64,000 bases of DNA from Verrucomicrobiales bacterium (GCA_038126035.1 JAYPEY010000005.1:60753-124752), one strand, 5' to 3'; shown: positions 27,660-37,372, counted from the stretch's first letter. The notes: generated by a model not told the origin, from the sequence alone. Numbers and translations are program-made.

Positions 27660-27737
27660 ACCGAAGGAGGCGGAATATAGACATCTCGAATGAGATGTCA
27701 ACCCCATCGATTGACATTCTTCAGGCGAGGGGCGGAC

Positions 27738-30152
27738 TCAGTTGCCCAACTGCTGCAGCAGGCCTCTCGCCGGGCCGTAATTCGGCGCGATCTGCAGGGC
27801 GCGCCGGGCGGCGTCGATCGCGTCCTGCCGCCGTTCGATCGAGAGCAGCACAGTCGCGCGGGCGTAGGGAATTTCGGGATCGTTCGGCTCCGCGGCCTCG
27901 GCCCGCTCCAGCGCGTAGACCGCCGCGTCGGGTTGCTGCATCTGGTTGCGCATGAGGCCGAGATTGTACCAGGCGCGGGCGTGCCGCGGATTCAATCGCA
28001 CGGCCTCCTCGAGCGACGCCAGCGTGCCCTGCGGTTGGCCGACCTCATGAAACGCCAGCCCCAGCTTGTAGTGGTATTCCGCTTCGTCCGGATCCAGGCG
28101 GATCGCCTCGCGCAGGGCGGCGATCGCATCCTGCCCGCGTCCCATCATGCTCAGCACGATGGCGTGTTCGTGTCGCAACGGAGCCGAATACCCGTCCAGC
28201 TTGATGGCCCATTCGACATATTTCAGCGCCTTGTCCGTCTCGCGTCGGTCGAGATGAAACACGCCCTTCTGCAGGGCTCCGGTCGGCATATCGAGGCTGA
28301 ATTCCAACGACCGGAGAAGATCCGCGGCCGCCTCGGAATCGAGGCTCACCCGATCGCGCAACGCCCACGCGGCGTCCACACGGACCTTTCGGACAGGATC
28401 CTCCAACAACTTGCGCAGTCCGCCTTCCACCCGGGCGGGACCGTCGCGCACGAGCGGCCCCAGGGTCAGCGCCGCCGTGCCGCGCAGCAGGGCATTGGTC
28501 GAGGACAACTCCTTCAACAGCGCCTCGCCCACTTCTGAATCGTAGACCCATGGGTCCAGCAGTTCGGCGGCGACCGCGCGCCAGAAGGGCATCGGCTCCG
28601 TGCGCAACATCTGCAGGAGGTTGTTCCGCGTTCCCGGATCGCCCGCGCGCGCGCCGGCGATCCAGCGCGCGCGGGTCCGCGTCGGACGGTCCATTTTCGG
28701 GCCATACCATTGGTCCATGGCGGCGACGGCCCAATCGACGTCCTTGTCCGCATGGCAACGGTTGCAGGCGTTTGGGATGCCATGTTCCTTCGTCAGCAAC
28801 GGGTCCGGGATGGTGAAGCCATGATCCCGCCGCGGATCACGCTGCATGTAGGTGGTCTCGGGCATGTGGCAGTTCACGCATTGGCCGCCCTCGCCCGTGA
28901 TCTGATGATGCGAGTGTCCGGCGGGATCGATGACCGGGCTGTTGGGAAATTCCGGCGTCGGCGCGGCGTGGCATCTCATGCAGAGGACGTTGCCCGGCAG
29001 CAGCGTCTTGCCGGTGTGGGGCTGATGGCAGTCCACGCAGCGCACGCCGGCGTGGTGCATCCTGCTGCTGAGAAAGGAGGTGAACACGTAGTTCTCATCG
29101 CGGACCTGCCCGTCGGCATGGTAGATGTCCGTTTCGTTCGGAATGACATGGGAGTAATGATCGAGGTAATTGTCTCCCGGCACGAAGTCCCCGGTCAGTT
29201 CCGTCCGCCGCGAATGGCACATGCCGCAGGTGTCGATCCACTGGTCGCGGTCCATCTTCCTGTAGGTCGGGTCCGGCTCCTTCGTGTCGGGGTGTTTCCT
29301 CCGCCATTCGACGTGCGCCTTCATGGGGCCGTGGCAGGCCTCGCAGCCGACGCTCATTTCGGCCATGGAGGTCTTGTAGGTGTCGGTCGCGTGGTCGTAA
29401 TTCTTGCGCAACCGGGTGTTGTGGCAGGAGGCGCACTGCGTGTTCCAACTCATGCCCCGCCCCGTCCAGTGTCCCCACTCGCCCGGTTGCCGATCCTCTT
29501 CGCCGTAGACATTGAACCACTCATTCGCGCGCGGATCGTAGCTGGCGTCCAGGGTCTGCAGGCGACCGTTGGGAAAGGGGATCAAATACTGGCGCAGCGG
29601 CGTCTCGCCGATGACGCGCGCGACCGAGAACGGCTCCTTCTCCCCGCTCAATCCCTTGGTCAACACCTGGTAGGCTCCGTTGGTGGAGAGAATCTGCGTC
29701 TTCTGGTCGGCATGTTTATATTCGCGCGGCGGATCAAACGCCGTTCCATCCAGCGTCGCGTCGGGCAGGCGCTCGGCCAATTGGTGGTCCGACCCGGTCC
29801 AGTCGGCGAAGGCCTCGGCATGGCACTCCCTGCAGCTTTGAGACCCAGCATATTTCGCGAACGCCTCCGCCTCCGGTTCCGGCCGCCAATGGTTGATCGC
29901 CGGTTTTTCCCCAGGAACCTGATCCGTCGGCGGCCCGGCAGCCTTGCCGCCGCTTCCTTTCGCGACCTTGCCTGAATCGGAAGGAACGTCCTCCCGAAGC
30001 AGGAAGAAGGCGCCCGCGACAACGACGATCAAGATGATCGCCCAGCGCGGGAATCCGCCGCCCGATCCCGCAGCGTGACTGGCGATGGGGCCCCGAGGGG
30101 CTCCGGAACCCGAGCCGCCGGGACGGGATTTCTTTTTCTTCTGATGCGACAC
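27738..30152 (-). CDS. membrane-anchored octahaem c-type cytochrome fused to HEAT/TPR repeats
   Basis: It has one TM helix (WAIILIVVVAGAFFLL) and eight CxxCH motifs (CRECH, CASCH, CEACH, CGMCH, CVDCH, CMRCH, CVNCH, CNRCH). The C-terminal ~300 aa are HEAT-like then TPR (AEYHYKLGLAFHEVGQ, ARAWYNLGLM, PEIPYARATVLL). Confidence 0.9.
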   Translation of the reverse strand: MSHQKKKKSRPGGSGSGAPRGPIASHAAGSGGGFPRWAIILIVVVAGAFFLLREDVPSDSGKVAKGSGGKAAGPPTDQVPGEKPAINHWRPEPEAEAFAKYAGSQSCRECHAEAFADWTGSDHQLAERLPDATLDGTAFDPPREYKHADQKTQILSTNGAYQVLTKGLSGEKEPFSVARVIGETPLRQYLIPFPNGRLQTLDASYDPRANEWFNVYGEEDRQPGEWGHWTGRGMSWNTQCASCHNTRLRKNYDHATDTYKTSMAEMSVGCEACHGPMKAHVEWRRKHPDTKEPDPTYRKMDRDQWIDTCGMCHSRRTELTGDFVPGDNYLDHYSHVIPNETDIYHADGQVRDENYVFTSFLSSRMHHAGVRCVDCHQPHTGKTLLPGNVLCMRCHAAPTPEFPNSPVIDPAGHSHHQITGEGGQCVNCHMPETTYMQRDPRRDHGFTIPDPLLTKEHGIPNACNRCHADKDVDWAVAAMDQWYGPKMDRPTRTRARWIAGARAGDPGTRNNLLQMLRTEPMPFWRAVAAELLDPWVYDSEVGEALLKELSSTNALLRGTAALTLGPLVRDGPARVEGGLRKLLEDPVRKVRVDAAWALRDRVSLDSEAAADLLRSLEFSLDMPTGALQKGVFHLDRRETDKALKYVEWAIKLDGYSAPLRHEHAIVLSMMGRGQDAIAALREAIRLDPDEAEYHYKLGLAFHEVGQPQGTLASLEEAVRLNPRHARAWYNLGLMRNQMQQPDAAVYALERAEAAEPNDPEIPYARATVLLSIERRQDAIDAARRALQIAPNYGPARGLLQQLGN

Positions 30153-30200
30153 GAGCGCGCAGTGTGGCTGGATTTGCCCCCGGCTTCAATGCCGTTCCAG

Positions 30201-30242
30201 TTCGCGGTTCGCGGTTCGCGGTTCGCAGTTCGCGGTTCGCAA
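30201..30242. repeat. 6 x TTCGCGG heptamer microsatellite
   Basis: ttcgcgg ttcgcgg ttcgcgg ttcgcag ttcgcgg ttcgcaa. It lies in the 130-nt spacer between the ArsR-family gene stop (30283) and the cytochrome gene start (30152). Confidence 0.92.
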
Positions 30243-30282
30243 CGGCGAACAGGGAACGCCGGACCGGGAACAGCGTTGACGT

Positions 30283-30717
30283 TCAAAGCAACTTGGCGAT
30301 CTCGTCCTCCTCGGGATCCCAGACCATGGGCTCCGGCTTCGGCTGGGGTTGAGGCCGATGCGCGGCCTTCGGGCGGTCCCGCTTTTTCCGGGCTCCGGCG
30401 GAAGGCCGCGGCGTCCCCGGAACCGGGGAATCCGCCGCAGCTTCACCCAGTTCCCCAAGAAATTCCTTCACGGATTTCAAGGGCCCGGGATTCAGCGCGA
30501 TGCCGTGGAAAGTCCCATGGCGCGTTCGCCGGATGAGATCGGCGGCCTCCAGAATCCGCAGATGCCGGGACACCGCCGGCGCCGACATCGCAAACAGCTC
30601 ATTCAATTCACCAACCATCGCAGGCCCGGCGACAAGCTTCCGCAACATCGACCGCCGCGCCGGGTTGTCCAAGGCCTGCAGCGCGCGGTCCAGTTCTTCC
30701 GGCTCATGGTTTGCCAT
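30283..30717 (-). CDS. ArsR/SmtB family transcriptional regulator with a basic/Pro-rich C-terminal extension
   Basis: Winged HTH: LDNPARRSMLRKLVAGPAMVGELNELFAMSAPAVSRHLRILEAADLIRRTRHG. Confidence 0.88.
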   Translation of the reverse strand: MANHEPEELDRALQALDNPARRSMLRKLVAGPAMVGELNELFAMSAPAVSRHLRILEAADLIRRTRHGTFHGIALNPGPLKSVKEFLGELGEAAADSPVPGTPRPSAGARKKRDRPKAAHRPQPQPKPEPMVWDPEEDEIAKLL

Positions 30718-30761
30718 CAGGCCAATGAATGGTGAATTCCCGCCCGCTCGTCAACATTTTC

Positions 30762-30781
30762 TATTAACTTTCTGGTTAATA
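30762..30781. promoter_or_regulatory. candidate ArsR-family operator: perfect 7-bp inverted repeat TATTAAC-N6-GTTAATA
   Basis: tattaac tttctg gttaata sits in a short AT-rich island of the divergent spacer between 30717 (ArsR start) and 30877. Confidence 0.4.
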
Positions 30782-30876
30782 ATCAATCTCGATGGTTTGT
30801 CGCCTTCCCGCGGGGCCAACGCGGGACTTGGGTATTTGCGAAATCGGCCCTAGTCTGGCCTCATCGAAGCAGAGAA

Positions 30877-31254
30877 ATGAGCGCACAGATCACAGTCACC
30901 CAACGGGAGATCCGCGAGGCGGATCCGGTCGAGGTTTCGCATGAGTTTGTGGAGGCGGATTTCGCGGAGGCAAAGCGCACGCCGACGATTTTCACCCTTT
31001 GGCAGTTGAGCCGGAAGTTCGACCTGGCCGTGCAGCACGCGAATGCCGACCTGAAGGCGGGCGGCAATGGGATTCCCAAGCACACGACAAACTCGGTTTT
31101 CAGCGCCCGGATCACAATCACGGACAACGGGGTCGCGGACACGACAGTGGAGCTTCCGCAAGCGACCGGCCAGGAGGGCGAGGACTACGCAGATCTCTTC
31201 CTGAACTCGATCCGCAAGGCCATATCCGAGGCCAAGGAGGCCGCGCAGGCATGA
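30877..31254 (+). CDS. hypothetical protein (125 aa)
   Basis: The translation looks like a real protein (MSAQITVTQREIREADPVEVSHEFVEADFAEAKRTPTIF...). It has an ATGA overlap with the downstream CoA-binding gene. The opposite-strand ORF 30850..31284 is R/L/C-rich shadow. Confidence 0.6.
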   Translation: MSAQITVTQREIREADPVEVSHEFVEADFAEAKRTPTIFTLWQLSRKFDLAVQHANADLKAGGNGIPKHTTNSVFSARITITDNGVADTTVELPQATGQEGEDYADLFLNSIRKAISEAKEAAQA

Positions 31255-31619
31255 AGACCGTCGCTGTTCTCGGGGCCTCGACAAATCGGGCCAAGTTTGG
31301 AAACAAGGCCGTGCGAGCCTTCGTTCAACAGGGCTATGAGGTTTATCCGGTCAATCCGCGCGCCACGGAGATTGAGGGCGTTCAGGCATACGGCTCGATT
31401 TCCGAAATTCCGGTCCGCCCGGACATGGTCAGCGTCTATCTCCCGCCGGCGATCCTGTTGGCCGGGCTCGGGGAGATCGCGGAAAAGGGCTGCGGGGAAC
31501 TTTGGTTGAATCCGGGCGCCGATTCCCCGGAGGCGGTCTCCGCGGCGGAAGAACTGGGGCTCAAGGTCGTCTGCGACTGCAGCCTCCTGCGCATCGGCGT
31601 GTCTCCCGCAGCGTTGTGA
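31251..31619 (+). CDS. CoA-binding domain protein (YccU/CoA_binding_2-like)
   Basis: MKTVAVLGASTNRAKFGNKAVRAFVQQGYEVYPVNPRATEIEGVQAY...VSVYLPP. Confidence 0.85.
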   Translation: MKTVAVLGASTNRAKFGNKAVRAFVQQGYEVYPVNPRATEIEGVQAYGSISEIPVRPDMVSVYLPPAILLAGLGEIAEKGCGELWLNPGADSPEAVSAAEELGLKVVCDCSLLRIGVSPAAL

Positions 31620-31644
31620 TGCGGTTCGACTCTGGCCGGCCGGC

Positions 31645-32184
31645 CTACCACAGTTCGGGTTTGCGCAGGGCGACGACGCAGTCCAACGCTCCGATCGGCG
31701 GATCAAGCTTGCCTTGTCCGAAACCGAGAGCCAGCCAGCCGTTGGGATACTTGAGCGGATAAGGCGCTTCAAACGCCTGAGCCCGGTCGGCGATGAAGCC
31801 GAAACGTCCGTAGTAGGCGGGATCCCCGTATACGAAAACCATGCGGACGCCCGTGCGCTCCGATTCCCGCAGGCCTTCGTGAACGAGGGCCGATCCGATG
31901 CCGCCATTCTGATGTTCCGGTCGCACCGCAAGCGGGGCCAGGATGCGGCCGACGAAGCGTCCGCCCCCATTCATCCAGACGGCGCTGAAGGCGACATGGC
32001 CCACGAGGACGCCCCTCGCCTCCGCCACCAGGGAAATCGTTGGCGGGGAGGCGGTCTCCTCCAGCAGGTCAACGGCGAGGTCGGCAACCAGCGCGCTCTC
32101 CGAATCGTCAAATGCCTCCCGGCAGACCCCGCGGATGCCGTCGCGATCAGCGATCGTCGCTGTTCTGATCGTCAGGTCCGGCAT
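31645..32184 (-). CDS. GNAT family N-acetyltransferase
   Basis: I prefer ATG 32184 (MPDLTIRTATIADRDGIRGV...). Acetyl-CoA motif LAVRPEHQNGGIGSALV. The upstream part of ORF 31645..32595 overlaps the propeller gene and is S/R-rich. Confidence 0.85.
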   Translation of the reverse strand: MPDLTIRTATIADRDGIRGVCREAFDDSESALVADLAVDLLEETASPPTISLVAEARGVLVGHVAFSAVWMNGGGRFVGRILAPLAVRPEHQNGGIGSALVHEGLRESERTGVRMVFVYGDPAYYGRFGFIADRAQAFEAPYPLKYPNGWLALGFGQGKLDPPIGALDCVVALRKPELW

Positions 32185-32242
32185 CTGCGCATCCAGAGCG
32201 TTCACGCGCGCTTCCAAGTCGCCCAGGAAACACCGCCCCTCC

Positions 32243-33553
32243 TCAATCGGGGCTGCGCGAGGAAAGCGCCGCGCTTCGTTTCGGGCCGCCGATGCAGAAG
32301 AGGTGTTTGTATCCCCGGATGAAGAGGTCGCCGTTTGAGACGGCGATCGATCCGATGACCTTTTCCCCCATCGGATTGACGCTGATGAACTCATACTTGG
32401 GGCTGGCTTTGAGGACGAAGGCGTCGCCGCCCTGGTTGACCGCGTAGAGCCGGCCGTCCGCGAGGACCATGGACGACCAGTTCTGCCGGTTCTTTCCCGG
32501 GCCCTGAAGCTTCTCCTGCCAGACAATGGCGCCGGTCTGAAGGTCGATGCACTGCGCCTCGCCGGGGTCGTTGAGGATGTAGATGCGCCCCTCATGAATG
32601 ACGCCGGAGCCGATCCGCTGCAGCGTTCGCTTGTTCTGCCAGACGCGGTGGCTTGCGGTCACATCACCTCGACCGCCGAGCCGCACGGCGATGGTATCGC
32701 CGCGGAAACCGCCCATGCCGACCGCGATCCCACCGGCATGAATCGGCGAGGTGTACACGAGTTGATTGACGCCGCCGCTGGTCCAGACCTCTTTTCCGGT
32801 CCTGGGATCGAAGGCGAACATGCGTTCGGGAAAGGTCATCAACATCAGGGTCTTCCCGTCCTGCTGGAAGGGGACGGGATCGCTCCAGGATCCCCGCCAG
32901 CCGGCACGACCGTTCTCACCGGGTTTGAGATCCTTGCCGCTGCGGCCGCCCGGTTCATCATTCCGCCAGACGGTCTCGCCCGTGAGTTTGTCCATGGCGA
33001 TGAGAAAGGTCTGCGGGCCGGGGCCGAAGTTGAGGATGACGAGATCGTCGTGCAGGACGGGCGAGGCGCCGTTGCCCCAGATGTGGTCCTGCCGACCGAG
33101 GTCGCGCCGCCAGATCATCGCGCCGTCCATGTCGAAGCAATACATGCCCGCCGAGGCGAAGGAGACGTAGACGCGCTCGCCGTCGGTGGCGGGCGAGGCG
33201 GAACATTGGGGGTTGGTCTTGTGGGTCGTCTCCTTCTCCCGAAAGGTGACGCCGCTGTTCCACAGGCGTTTGCCGGTCCGTCGGTCGAAACACTGCAGGG
33301 CCCGGCGTTGCCCGTCAGGCCCGCTGGCTTGCGCGAGAAAGACCTTGTCCCCCCAGACAATGGGCGTGGAGTTCCCCGGCCCCGGCAGCGCGACCTTCCA
33401 GCGCACGTTCCTGGAATCGCTCCATTGCGTGGGCAGTCCGGTTTCCGAGGAGACGCCCTGGCCGGTCGCGCCGCGCCAGGCGGGCCAGTTCCCGGCGGAA
33501 ACGGTGAAAACCGACAGGACCATCAGGCCGGCGAGGAGGAGGGATCGCTTCAT
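32243..33553 (-). CDS. PQQ-like beta-propeller repeat protein, secreted
   Basis: I prefer ATG 33553 (MKRSLLLAGLMVLSVFTVSAGNWPAWRGATGQGVS). It has repeated GD.V(Y/F)... propeller blades (PIVWGDKVFL, DGERVYVSF, HEGRIYIL, ADGRLYAV, SNGDLFIRG). Confidence 0.88.
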   Translation of the reverse strand: MKRSLLLAGLMVLSVFTVSAGNWPAWRGATGQGVSSETGLPTQWSDSRNVRWKVALPGPGNSTPIVWGDKVFLAQASGPDGQRRALQCFDRRTGKRLWNSGVTFREKETTHKTNPQCSASPATDGERVYVSFASAGMYCFDMDGAMIWRRDLGRQDHIWGNGASPVLHDDLVILNFGPGPQTFLIAMDKLTGETVWRNDEPGGRSGKDLKPGENGRAGWRGSWSDPVPFQQDGKTLMLMTFPERMFAFDPRTGKEVWTSGGVNQLVYTSPIHAGGIAVGMGGFRGDTIAVRLGGRGDVTASHRVWQNKRTLQRIGSGVIHEGRIYILNDPGEAQCIDLQTGAIVWQEKLQGPGKNRQNWSSMVLADGRLYAVNQGGDAFVLKASPKYEFISVNPMGEKVIGSIAVSNGDLFIRGYKHLFCIGGPKRSAALSSRSPD

Positions 33554-33620
33554 TCCCCCGATAAAAGCGACGATCCAGGCATTGTCAAGCGGGGCGCGGC
33601 GCCGCAGAGTCCGGGCACAG

Positions 33621-34028
33621 ATGGAATCCGAAATCAAAGATCCGCCGATCGTCGAGAAGACGAAGGAACTGTGCGCTACCCTGCTGGAGCAGCCCGAAAC
33701 CGCGGCTTTTCTCGCGGACATGAACGCCTTCCTCGCCAACGAGGAGCTGCGCAGCCGCTACGACGTGCTCACCATGCAGGGCGAGGCCCTGGCCCAGCGC
33801 CAGCAACTCGGCCTCCCGATCGAGCCTGCAGAATTCGAAAAGTTTGAGAAGGACCGCGACGAGTGGATGGCCAATGAACTGTCCCAGAAATTCCTCGAGG
33901 CGCAGAAGCGCATGCAGGGACTTCAGGATCAGATCCATCAATACATCTCCAAGACCTTCGAACTCGGCCGCGTCCCCGAGTCCTACGACATCGACTACTG
34001 CTGCAACGACTGCGACTGCGGCGGGTGA
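33621..34028 (+). CDS. YlbF/YmcA-like helical protein with a Cys-rich C-terminus
   Basis: I prefer ATG 33621 (MESEIKDPPIVEKTKELCATLLEQPETAAFLADMNAFLANEE...). The tail is YDIDYCCNDCDCGG. The family call is tentative. Confidence 0.55.
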   Translation: MESEIKDPPIVEKTKELCATLLEQPETAAFLADMNAFLANEELRSRYDVLTMQGEALAQRQQLGLPIEPAEFEKFEKDRDEWMANELSQKFLEAQKRMQGLQDQIHQYISKTFELGRVPESYDIDYCCNDCDCGG

Positions 34029-34083
34029 GCGGCGGGACAATTTCAGGTCTCCAGAATCCCTGCGACAACCCACGCGGGGCGGT

Positions 34084-34707
34084 TCATTGATGCTCCGGCT
34101 TCCTCCGCCGTTCCGAAAGGCCCGACCAGATCAGCCAGACGTGGATTGCGATGCCGCCGGGGAGCATCAACGCCAGCAGCCATGACGGTCTTGCGCCGGC
34201 GTCGATGATCACAAAATCCTCATCGAGGCGCGGATGCAGCGCGAGCAGTTCCTCCCGGTTGTCCGCCACGTTCTCCCAACCAAAGCGGATCAGGCCCTCG
34301 ATGTCCCGGGCAACAGCCAGCGGTTCGGAATTGGTGGCGAGAAAGGCGTTCATGCTGTGCGTCACCTCGGCGAGGCCGATCGCGTCGACCCGCAGGCGGA
34401 ACTCGTCCTCCAGGCCGGCGACGAGCGCGTGAATCGGCGCGTTGGTCGCCCCGGACGATTTCAGCGGCACGAGAAACTCGGCCGCGTGGTCGGACTCGAT
34501 GTAATTGAAGCGGCGGGCGTTCAGCAGATCGAGTTCACCCCCGCCGAGCCGCACCCATTTGTTCTCCGGTTGACGCCGCTGAAAATCCGCGAGCGAAATC
34601 CCCAGGGGGGCGCGTTCGCGGAAGACCAGAAGCGACCCCTGCCCACCCACGACGATCATGCAGATGCCGACCAGGGTCAGGATTCCTCTGAAGGCGTTGG
34701 CGTTCAA
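34084..34707 (-). CDS. hypothetical membrane protein (TM helix at each end)
   Basis: N-terminal ILTLVGICMIVVGG and C-terminal WLLALMLPGGIAIHVWLIW. It has a 4-nt overlap with the upstream MBL-fold gene. Confidence 0.65.
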   Translation of the reverse strand: MNANAFRGILTLVGICMIVVGGQGSLLVFRERAPLGISLADFQRRQPENKWVRLGGGELDLLNARRFNYIESDHAAEFLVPLKSSGATNAPIHALVAGLEDEFRLRVDAIGLAEVTHSMNAFLATNSEPLAVARDIEGLIRFGWENVADNREELLALHPRLDEDFVIIDAGARPSWLLALMLPGGIAIHVWLIWSGLSERRRKPEHQ

Positions 34708-35528
34708 AGCGGCAACAGGGCCTGCCCCCCGACGGGCGTGACCTCCTGCAATACGTAGGTGGGACTCGGCGAATCCTGGGTCGTCGATTCGATCTCCACA
34801 TGCGCCGCATCCGCCCGGCGAAGCCCGGCCTCGATGGCGCGGCGCGCATGCTCCGGCGAGTTGCAGTCGCGGCTCAGATGCACGAGATAGACGCGTCGAA
34901 GCTCCGGCGTGGCGACCTGTTCCAGCAGTCCGGCGGCGGCGTCATTGGACAGGTGGCCGTGACGGCTGAGGATCCGTTGCTTGATGCTCCACGGCCGCTT
35001 CGTGTCGCGCTCCAGCAGTTCCTGGTCGTAGTTGCATTCCAGCAGCAGCACATTGGCCCGCCGCGCGCGTTCGACAACCAGCTGCGTCGCGTGGCCCAGG
35101 TCAGTCAGAACGCCGATGACGCCCACGTGCGTCCGCAAGAGGAAGCCCACCGGATCGTGGGCGTCGTGCGGCACGCTGAAATTCTCCACCTCGATGTCGC
35201 CAATCTCAAAATTGGCGCCCTCGTTGAAGATGCGGAAATCGAGCGGCTCCTTCACCTGGTCCTCGATAGCCTCCTTCGTCAGGCGGTTGCAGTAGACAGG
35301 GATCCCCAGTTTCGCGGCGATGGTCCCCAAACCCTGGGTGTGGTCGCTGTGCTCGTGCGAGATGAGAATGCCGTCGAGCCGCTCGGGCGTGCGGCCGATG
35401 GATTCCAGTCGCTTCCGGATCTGGCGACCGCTGAAGCCGGCGTCGATCAGGACGCGGGTCTCGTCGGTTTCCAGATAGGAGCAGTTTCCAGAGGAACCGC
35501 TGCCGAGAACGGTGAAGCGGACAGACAT
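34704..35528 (-). CDS. MBL-fold metallo-hydrolase
   Basis: FTVLGSGSSGNCSYLETDETRVLIDAG, and the HxHxDH motif in ILISHEHSDHTQGL. Confidence 0.9.
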   Translation of the reverse strand: MSVRFTVLGSGSSGNCSYLETDETRVLIDAGFSGRQIRKRLESIGRTPERLDGILISHEHSDHTQGLGTIAAKLGIPVYCNRLTKEAIEDQVKEPLDFRIFNEGANFEIGDIEVENFSVPHDAHDPVGFLLRTHVGVIGVLTDLGHATQLVVERARRANVLLLECNYDQELLERDTKRPWSIKQRILSRHGHLSNDAAAGLLEQVATPELRRVYLVHLSRDCNSPEHARRAIEAGLRRADAAHVEIESTTQDSPSPTYVLQEVTPVGGQALLPL

Positions 35529-35728
35529 CGCCCGACGTTATTCGCGGGACAAAACCGCCGCAACCGTTTTCGGGATCACACGACGACATTCCCGGTCACC
35601 GCGCGCGCGACCAAAAAACAAATTGCCTGCCGGACGGGGTTTCCCTTTAATTCGCAGCCTTTCCGCAAAACCAGGAACACCGGCGGGGCGTTTACAGCCG
35701 GGGATTTCAAACAAACCACAGAACCATC

Positions 35729-36880
35729 ATGGCCAAGAAAAAACTCAGAGTAGGACTCATCGGATACGGCTTCATGGGCCGCACGCACTCCAACGCCTTC
35801 CGCAAGGTGAACAACTTCTTCGATCTCAAGTACGACATCGAGATGAAGGCCTGCTGCGCCCGCAATGAGGGACGCATCAAGGATTTCGCCGACAACTGGG
35901 GCTGGCAGTCCTATGAGACGGACTGGCGCAAGCTCGTCGAGCGCGACGACATCGACCTGATCGACATCGGCAGCCCTAACAACACACACTACGAGATGGC
36001 CATCGCCGCCGCCGAGGCCGGCAAGATGATCATGTGCGAGAAGCCGCTGTCCATGGACGGCAAGGAAGGCGAGAAGATGGTCAAGATCGTCGAGAAGGCC
36101 GGCGTCCCGAACATGGTCTGGTACAACTACCGCCGCGTCCCCGCCGTCACTCTCGCCAAGCAGATCATCGACAGCGGCAAACTCGGCCGCATCTTCCACT
36201 ACCGCGCGCAGTTCCTGCAGGACTGGACGATCTCCAAGGAGCTCCCGCAGGGCGGCGAAGGCCTCTGGCGCCTCGACGCGGCGGTCGCCGGCTCCGGCGT
36301 CACGGGCGACCTGCTCGCCCACTGCATCGACACCGCGCTCTGGCTCAACGGCCCGATGAACGAGGTCTCCGCGATGACCGAGACCTTCATCAAGGAGCGC
36401 GTCCACACCGCCACCGGCAAGAAGCACAAGGTCACCATCGACGACGCCTGCGCCTTCCTGGCCCGCTTCAAGAACGGCTCGCTCGCGATCTTCGAATCGA
36501 CCCGTTACGCACGCGGCCACAAGGCCCTCTACACCTTTGAGATCAACGGCGAGAACGCCTCCATCCGCTGGGACCTGCACGACCTGCACCGCCTGGAATA
36601 CTTCGACCACGCGGACGACTCCAAGACCCGCGGCTGGCGCTCGGTTCACATCACCGACGGCGACCACCCCTACATGGGCAACTGGTGGGTTCCCGGTCTG
36701 CAGATCGGCTACGAGCACACCTTCGTTCACCAGGTGGCCGACTTCGTCAACGGCATCTCCTCGCGCAAGAAGCGGGCGATCCGCCCCGACTTCCGCGACG
36801 GCCTCGAAACCCAGTATGTCTGCGACGCCGTCCTCGCGTCCGGCAAGACCGGCCGCTGGACGAAGTGCAAACAGGTGTGA
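35729..36880 (+). CDS. Gfo/Idh/MocA family oxidoreductase
   Basis: Rossmann start [19 protein letters not shown]. Other blocks: MCEKPL and the C-terminal alpha/beta domain. Confidence 0.92.
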   Translation: MAKKKLRVGLIGYGFMGRTHSNAFRKVNNFFDLKYDIEMKACCARNEGRIKDFADNWGWQSYETDWRKLVERDDIDLIDIGSPNNTHYEMAIAAAEAGKMIMCEKPLSMDGKEGEKMVKIVEKAGVPNMVWYNYRRVPAVTLAKQIIDSGKLGRIFHYRAQFLQDWTISKELPQGGEGLWRLDAAVAGSGVTGDLLAHCIDTALWLNGPMNEVSAMTETFIKERVHTATGKKHKVTIDDACAFLARFKNGSLAIFESTRYARGHKALYTFEINGENASIRWDLHDLHRLEYFDHADDSKTRGWRSVHITDGDHPYMGNWWVPGLQIGYEHTFVHQVADFVNGISSRKKRAIRPDFRDGLETQYVCDAVLASGKTGRWTKCKQV

Positions 36881-36945
36881 ATTTCCGGTCCGGAACGACC
36901 GTCACTACCCACTGACACACACACAAACGAATCCAACACACACGT

Positions 36946-37359
36946 ATGAAACTGAAAGTTCTCATCGCCACCATCGCGTTCGGCTTTGCGGCCGGAACGG
37001 CGGTCGCCGAACTCGGCGACGAAAGCAAGGTGCCCGCGGGCTCCAAGAAGCGCGTCAGCTATCAGAAGGACATCAAACCCGTGTTTGAGAAGTCCTGCCT
37101 GAAATGCCACAGCGGCAGCCGACCAAAGGCCAAGTACCTCATGGACACCGTCGCCAACATCGTCAAGGGCGGCAGCAGCGACGAGGCGGCCATCATCCCG
37201 GGCAACGCCAGGAAATCCCCGATCGTCCACTATTGCCTGGACCTCGTGGAAGACCTGGAAATGCCGCCGACCAGCAAGCGGGAGAAATATCCGGCCATGA
37301 CCAAGGCGCAGATCGCCGACATGATCGCCTGGATCGATCAGGGCGCGAAGGACAACTGA
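36946..37359 (+). CDS. small secreted c-type cytochrome domain protein (Planctomycete cytochrome C-like)
   Basis: Signal peptide MKLKVLIATIAFGFAAGTAVA. Haem motif in IKPVFEKSCLKCHSG. Also EMPP...IADMIAWIDQGA. Confidence 0.8.
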   Translation: MKLKVLIATIAFGFAAGTAVAELGDESKVPAGSKKRVSYQKDIKPVFEKSCLKCHSGSRPKAKYLMDTVANIVKGGSSDEAAIIPGNARKSPIVHYCLDLVEDLEMPPTSKREKYPAMTKAQIADMIAWIDQGAKDN

Positions 37360-37372
37360 TCCGCTTGCCCGA

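Noticed and set aside
35576-36730. 384-aa minus ORF opposite the Gfo/Idh/MocA gene; the same applies to 15848..16996 and 51210..52307
   Set aside because: These are antisense shadows with V/A/G/D-rich composition. The opposite strands have clear family motifs.
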